Part shown: one piece after another, positions 25,322-30,179 of the stretch | Position numbering within the stretch: position 1 is the stretch's first letter | Layout: each line of letters starts with the position of its first letter | From: Phycisphaerales bacterium | GTDB lineage: Bacteria > Planctomycetota > Phycisphaerae > Phycisphaerales > SM1A02 | Reading direction: 5' to 3' | NCBI GenBank assembly: GCA_044348205.1 | Contig: JBIKTI010000001.1 | Span: 1 to 30,179 of the forward strand | DNA length: 30,179 nucleotides | The notes under the pieces: generated by a model | Seen by the model: the letters and a program-made list of their open reading frames with translations, nothing else | What the model was told of the DNA's origin: nothing | Databases searched by the model: none | Program-made: the position numbers and the translations under genes

Positions 25322-25924
25322 ATGTTCCGGACTTCCGCGGTGTGTGCAGCCGTCTCGACGGCCGTCGTCTTTGTCTCGAGCGCCTCGGCCTCGATCACTG
25401 TCTTCAACAACCAGGCGCTCTACAACCTCGCCACGGCGGGTTATGTCCGCGCCGTTGAGGACTTCAACGACTACAGCGGCTCCTACACGAGCCCGCTCAT
25501 CGGCACCGCCGGTGATGTGACCTGGTCGGCCTCGTCGAGCAACGGCTTCGAGGCCGTCAACGGCGGCCTCTCGACCGCGCTTCCTGGTTCCATGACGATC
25601 CAGTTCACCGGCCCCGCCGTCTACGGCGTCTTCGGCAACTTCTTCGGCACCGACATCTCGGACAACATCGTCTCGGGCCTGGTGCAGGTGACCCTCGCCG
25701 ATGGCACGGGCTCGCTGATCTTCGTCGAGGATCCGAATGTCTTCTTCGGCTTCGTCTCGAACGGGCTTGCGATCTCGAGCATCGAGGTGACCGCGAACGA
25801 ACTCGCGGCAGGCCTGCCCGTCCTTCGCGCGAGCGTCGACAACCTCGGCTTCGACTATGTCCCCGCCCCCGGCGCTGTTGCGCTGCTTGGTCTCGCGGGC
25901 CTTGTCGGCCGCCGTCGCCGCTGA
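25322..25924 (+). CDS. PEP-CTERM (VPAPG variant) surface protein 2, paralog of protein 1
   Basis: Signal peptide ending ASA; shares VEDFN, WSAS, GNFFxTDI, LADGT, SNG and VDNL with protein 1; ends VPAPGAVALLGLAGLVGRRRR. Confidence 0.87.
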   Translation: MFRTSAVCAAVSTAVVFVSSASASITVFNNQALYNLATAGYVRAVEDFNDYSGSYTSPLIGTAGDVTWSASSSNGFEAVNGGLSTALPGSMTIQFTGPAVYGVFGNFFGTDISDNIVSGLVQVTLADGTGSLIFVEDPNVFFGFVSNGLAISSIEVTANELAAGLPVLRASVDNLGFDYVPAPGAVALLGLAGLVGRRRR

Positions 25925-25941
25925 GCGCATCAGACAGACTT

Positions 25942-25986
25942 CACAGGCGGGCTCCCGTACGAGAGCGGGAGCCCGCTGTGCTTTTG
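25942..25986. terminator. Terminator between convergent PEP-CTERM gene 2 and ychF
   Basis: GCGGGCTCCCG-tacgagag-CGGGAGCCCGC 11-bp stem with CACA/TGTG extension, followed by CTTTTG. Confidence 0.75.
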
Positions 25987-26089
25987 CATGGCGCTGCGCT
26001 CTTGACTTGGACTTCGTCGAAAGGCACCCCGGGTGCTCCGAGGCGCGAGCGGGAGCCGCCGCAGCGGCGACCGCTCGGACTTCCCCCGC

Positions 26090-27178
26090 TCAAACATTGA
26101 ACAGGAAGTGCGTGATGTCCCCGTCGTGCATCACATACGACTTGCCTTCGGCGCGCAGCTTGCCTGCTTCGCGGATCGACTTCTCGCTGCCGAACTGCTC
26201 GAGGTCGGCGAGCGAGAAGATCTCGGCGCGGATGAAGCCGCGCTCGAAGTCGGTGTGGATGACGCCCGCGGCCTGCGGGGCGGTGAAGCCCTTGTGGATC
26301 GTCCACGCGCGGATTTCCTTCTCGCCCGCGGTGAAGTAGCTCTGGAGGCCCAGCAGGTCGTACGCCGAGCGGATCACGGCGTTCAACGCGGGTTCCTTCA
26401 TGCCCATCGACTCGAGCATCTCGTTGCGGTCGGCATCGGGAAGCTCGGCGAGCTCGGACTCGATCTTGGCGCAGACGACGACGACATTGCCGCCCGTCGT
26501 CTTCGCGTGCTCGCGCACCTTGGCGACGAGCGGGCCTTCCGCGCCGATCTGCGCCTCGTCGACATTCGCGACATAGAGCGTCGGCTTCGCCGTGATCATG
26601 CCGAGGGTCTTGAGGACCTTCGCCTCGTCGCCTTCAAGCTTGATCGATCGGATCGGATTGCTGGCGTTCAGGCATTCAAAGCACTTCTCGAGGACGCCGA
26701 GGCGGAGCACCGCCTCCTTGTCGCCAGACTTCGCGTTGCGCCGCGACTTCTCGAGCGAGCCTTCGACGACCTGGAGGTCTGCGAGGAGAAGCTCCGTCTC
26801 GATCGTGCCGATGTCGCGCAGCGGGTCGACGGTGCCGTCGACATGGGTGATGTCCGGGTCCACGAAGCAGCGCACCACATGGAGGACGGCGTCGACCTCG
26901 CGGATATGCGAGAGGAACTTGTTGCCGAGGCCTTCGCCCGTCGACGCGCCCTTGACGATTCCCGCGATGTCGACGAGGCGCACGGCCGCGGGAATGACCT
27001 TCTGGGTCTTGATGTGCTTCTGGATCCGCTGCAGGCGCCCGTCTGGCACGCTCACGATGCCGACATTGGGCTCGATGGTGCAGAAGGGGTAGTTGGCAGC
27101 CTCGATCCCAGCCGCCGTGAGGGCGTTGAAGAGGGTGCTCTTGCCGACATTGGGGAGACCGACGATGCCTGCTTCCAT
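26090..27178 (-). CDS. ychF: Redox-regulated ribosome-binding ATPase YchF
   Basis: [99 protein letters not shown]. Start 27178. Confidence 0.97.
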   Translation of the reverse strand: MEAGIVGLPNVGKSTLFNALTAAGIEAANYPFCTIEPNVGIVSVPDGRLQRIQKHIKTQKVIPAAVRLVDIAGIVKGASTGEGLGNKFLSHIREVDAVLHVVRCFVDPDITHVDGTVDPLRDIGTIETELLLADLQVVEGSLEKSRRNAKSGDKEAVLRLGVLEKCFECLNASNPIRSIKLEGDEAKVLKTLGMITAKPTLYVANVDEAQIGAEGPLVAKVREHAKTTGGNVVVVCAKIESELAELPDADRNEMLESMGMKEPALNAVIRSAYDLLGLQSYFTAGEKEIRAWTIHKGFTAPQAAGVIHTDFERGFIRAEIFSLADLEQFGSEKSIREAGKLRAEGKSYVMHDGDITHFLFNV

Positions 27179-27262
27179 GGTGGATCCTTGCGAAGGAGCG
27201 AAGGGCGGAGATGGTAGCCGACCGTCGGGCGCGCTGTGCGCCTTTGCGTAGGATGCCCGTCT

Positions 27263-28456
27263 ATGTCTCGTGCTGGTCGATTCCTCCGTGTCATCGGCGT
27301 GTCCGCCCTGACGGTGCTGTTTTCGGCGCCTGTCCTGTTCGCCCAGGACGGGCCGCCGCAGGGACCGCCTCCGACGCCCGTCAAGGTCGTGGAGGCGCGC
27401 GAAGAGCGGCTGGCGCCGCGGCGGAAGGTCTTCGGCGAGCTGCGTGCGGTGCGTCGAGCCACGGTCGCGGCAGAGGAGAGCGGCATCGTGCGCGAGTTCC
27501 GCGTGTCGGAGGGTTCGCGTGTCCGCGCAGGTGAGCCGGTCGCGCGGCTCGATGGCGCGCGGATCGACCTCGGGCTCAGGGTGCTCGAGGCGAACATGGC
27601 GGTCGCGCGTGCGATGCTCGCGGAGCGCGAGCTCGGAGAGCGCCGCGCAGAGCGCGATCTCGAGCTCCTTCGCCGTGCGGCCGCGCAGGGCGGCACCAAT
27701 CCGCGCGAAATCGCGGACGCTGAGTCGGATCTCGCCGTCGCGGCCGCGCAGGCGGTGCAGGCCAAGGCGTCGATCGCCGTGCTCGAGGAGCAGGCAGCGC
27801 TTCTCGCCGAGCGGCGACGCGACCTCGAGATCACGGCGCCCTTCGACGGGGTGGTGACGAAGCGCCACGCAGAGGCGGGCGCGTGGGTCGCCGAGGGTGG
27901 AGCCGTCGTCGAGCTCGTCGACAGCGATCACCTCGAGGCGTGGTTCGATGTGCCGCAGGAGTTGTTCGCCGCAGCGCAGCAGCTCGCGTCGTCGTCGGGC
28001 GACGGAGGGGCGCCTGCGCTCCGCAGCCTCGAGATCGAGGCGACGACGGGCGTGCGGGTCGAGCCGACGGCGCTGCGCATCCTTCCCGAGATCGATGCGA
28101 AGAGCCGTACCTTTCACGCGATCGCAGCCGTGCGCGAGGACCGCGGGAATCTCGCCACGGGTCTCGCGCTCAACGCCTATGTCCCGCAGGGCGCGCCCGC
28201 GGTGTGGACGCTCGTGCCGAAGGACGCGCTCGTCTACCAGGGCGTCAACATCACGGTGTTCGTCGTGCGTGGCGGCGTCGCGGTGCCGACTCCCGTGCGC
28301 GTGGCGTTTCCGGTCGGCGAGGAGGTCGCGATCGAGCCAGGCGTCATTGCCGCGGGCTCGCTGGTGGTCGTCGAGGGCAATGAACGCCTGATCCCCGGCT
28401 CTGCGGTCGCGCCGATCGCGGCGAAGTCGGCGCCCGCCGCGGAGATCGCACGGTGA
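27263..28456 (+). CDS. RND efflux periplasmic adaptor (membrane fusion) subunit
   Basis: Signal/anchor, [10 protein letters not shown]...[17 protein letters not shown] lipoyl half, helical hairpin, [30 protein letters not shown] overlap with the next gene. Confidence 0.9.
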   Translation: MSRAGRFLRVIGVSALTVLFSAPVLFAQDGPPQGPPPTPVKVVEAREERLAPRRKVFGELRAVRRATVAAEESGIVREFRVSEGSRVRAGEPVARLDGARIDLGLRVLEANMAVARAMLAERELGERRAERDLELLRRAAAQGGTNPREIADAESDLAVAAAQAVQAKASIAVLEEQAALLAERRRDLEITAPFDGVVTKRHAEAGAWVAEGGAVVELVDSDHLEAWFDVPQELFAAAQQLASSSGDGGAPALRSLEIEATTGVRVEPTALRILPEIDAKSRTFHAIAAVREDRGNLATGLALNAYVPQGAPAVWTLVPKDALVYQGVNITVFVVRGGVAVPTPVRVAFPVGEEVAIEPGVIAAGSLVVVEGNERLIPGSAVAPIAAKSAPAAEIAR

Positions 28457-30179
28457 AGCTCGTCGATGGAAGCGTCCGCCAGCCGGTCACGGTCGTCGTC
28501 TGCGTGCTGCTTGTCGCGCTCGCGGGCCTGCTCGCGCTTCAGCGTTTGCCGATCCAGCTGACGCCCACGGTGTCGAGCACCATCATCAGCGTGAGCACCT
28601 TCTGGGAGGGCGCGAGCCCGTCGGAGGTCGAGCGTTCGATCGTCGAGAAGCAGGAGGAGAAGCTGCAGGGTGTCGCGGGCATCCAGCAGATGACGAGCGT
28701 GTCGAGCCAGAATTCGGGGCGCGTGCGGCTCGAGTTCGCGGTCGGGACCGACCCCGACGCAGCGCTGCGCGAGGTGAGCGACAAGCTCCGGCAGGTGCAG
28801 TCGTATCCCCCGAATGTCGACCAGCCCGTTGTCGAGGCGAGCGACCCCGAGAATCGCGACTACATCTCGTGGATCGTGCTCGAGGGTGGCGCGGGCGGCG
28901 TCGAGGCCGATGGCCACGCGTTCGACATCCGCACGCTGCAGGACTTCGCACAGGACCGCATCAAGCCGCGGCTCGAGCGCGTGAACGGCGTGAGCGAGGT
29001 GAATGTCCTCGGCGGGCGCGAGCGCGAGCTCCAGGTGCGGTTCGACGCAGAGCGCCTCGCGCAGCGTGGGCTCACGGTCGATGATCTCATCGCCGCGCTC
29101 GGCGCCGCCAACCGCAACGCGAGCGCGGGCAGCGTGCGCGAGTCGAAGAGCGAGGTCGCGGTGCGCGCGGTGGGGCAGTTCGAGTCGCCCGACGCGGTCG
29201 AGGCGGTCGTGGTCGCGGTGCGCGAGGGGCGTCCGATCCGCGTGGGCGATGTCGCCGAGGCGATCGTCACCTACAAGAAGCCCTCGGGATTCGTGCGAAG
29301 CTCGGGCAAGCCAGTCATCGCCATCAATGTGCAGCAGGAGGTCGGCTCGAACATCGTCGAGGTGATGGACGGCGTGCGCGCCGCGATCGACGAACTGAAC
29401 GGTTCGGGCGGACTGCTCGCCACCGAGAGCGCGCAGCGCGGCTTCGCGGCCGATCCCTTGAAGCTGCGGATCGTCTACGACCAGACCACCTACATCGACG
29501 ACGCGATCGCGCTCGTCACCAACAACATCTGGCAGGGCGGCCTGCTCGCGACGATCACGCTGATCCTGTTCCTCCGCTCGTGGCGCGCGATCGCGATCAT
29601 CGGGATTGCGATCCCGATCTCGATCGTCGGGACGGTGGTGGTGCTCCTCGCGCTCGGCCGCACGGTCAATGTGATCAGCCTCGCGGGCCTTGCGTTCGCG
29701 GTCGGCATGCTCGTCGACAACGCGATCGTTGTGCTCGAGAACATCTGGCGGCACATGGAGCGCGGGAAGAGCCCCGCGCGCGCCGCGATCGACGCGACCA
29801 CGGAGGTGTGGGGCGCGATCCTCGGGTCTACGCTCACGACGGTGGTGGTCTTCATCCCGATCCTGTTGATCGAGGACGAGGTCGGGCAGCTCTTCCGCGA
29901 CATCGCGATCGCGTTGAGCGTGAGCGTGCTTCTCTCGATGATCGTGGCGATCACGGTCGTTCCGTCGGCGGCGTCGCGGCTCCTGAAGCCGCTTGCGGCT
30001 GGCACTGCGTCGCTCACCGAGACGGGCTGGCTCGGAAGGCTTTCGACACTGATCGCGCGCGGCATCTACCGCGTGACCGACAACCGCGCGGTGGCGCTCG
30101 CCGTCGCGCTCGTCTTCACGGGCGTGTCGATCGCGGGAACGGTCTTCCTGCTGCCGCCGCGCGACTACCTGCCGCGCGG
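28453..30179 (+). CDS. AcrB/AcrD/AcrF-family RND permease, partial (runs off the right edge)
   Basis: Not in the track as a complete ORF. GTG 28453: [14 protein letters not shown]...LPIQLTP...[19 protein letters not shown]...GGRERE..VRFD...[10 protein letters not shown]...[26 protein letters not shown]...[11 protein letters not shown]. Confidence 0.95.
   Translation, partial: MKLVDGSVRQPVTVVVCVLLVALAGLLALQRLPIQLTPTVSSTIISVSTFWEGASPSEVERSIVEKQEEKLQGVAGIQQMTSVSSQNSGRVRLEFAVGTDPDAALREVSDKLRQVQSYPPNVDQPVVEASDPENRDYISWIVLEGGAGGVEADGHAFDIRTLQDFAQDRIKPRLERVNGVSEVNVLGGRERELQVRFDAERLAQRGLTVDDLIAALGAANRNASAGSVRESKSEVAVRAVGQFESPDAVEAVVVAVREGRPIRVGDVAEAIVTYKKPSGFVRSSGKPVIAINVQQEVGSNIVEVMDGVRAAIDELNGSGGLLATESAQRGFAADPLKLRIVYDQTTYIDDAIALVTNNIWQGGLLATITLILFLRSWRAIAIIGIAIPISIVGTVVVLLALGRTVNVISLAGLAFAVGMLVDNAIVVLENIWRHMERGKSPARAAIDATTEVWGAILGSTLTTVVVFIPILLIEDEVGQLFRDIAIALSVSVLLSMIVAITVVPSAASRLLKPLAAGTASLTETGWLGRLSTLIARGIYRVTDNRAVALAVALVFTGVSIAGTVFLLPPRDYLPR

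Noticed and set aside
83-29754. Long antisense or alternate-frame ORFs (e.g. 83..1213, 1002..2516, 3141..5135, 4894..9027, 21157..22944, 26033..27217, 28234..29754)
   Set aside because: Arg/Ala/Gly-rich shadows of real genes, expected in high-GC DNA; no recognisable motifs.

Overview
High-GC (about 70% by eye) bacterial chromosomal segment, most consistent with Planctomycetota (Phycisphaerales-like). Support: two VPAPG-type PEP-CTERM proteins, the prs-rplY-pth-rpsF gene run, and ssb/rplI without rpsR. Most of the window is housekeeping: partial FAD oxidoreductase, TlpA-like redoxin, folD, purC, GH10-like/comEA/mfd operon, stand-alone TSCPD-domain protein, rplI, ssb, rpsF, pth, rplY, prs, N-terminal-only glmU, tRNA-Gln(TTG), aldehyde dehydrogenase, aat, ychF and an RND efflux pair. 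The most unusual part is 9.4-17.4 kb. The expected rpsF-ssb-rplI order is broken: ssb is inverted, and a YtrA/GntR + ABC ATPase + two paralogous ~600-aa membrane-protein module sits between ssb and rpsF. This stretch also holds five tandem-repeat arrays (two contain the stop codons of rplI and ssb), a 167-bp CTAG-flanked MITE-like element and a palindromic operator. Other points: a FolD with non-canonical catalytic residues, hairpin-rich leaders before the PEP-CTERM genes, and strong window-wide ACGT avoidance. All calls are from motif recognition by eye; no database searches were run.
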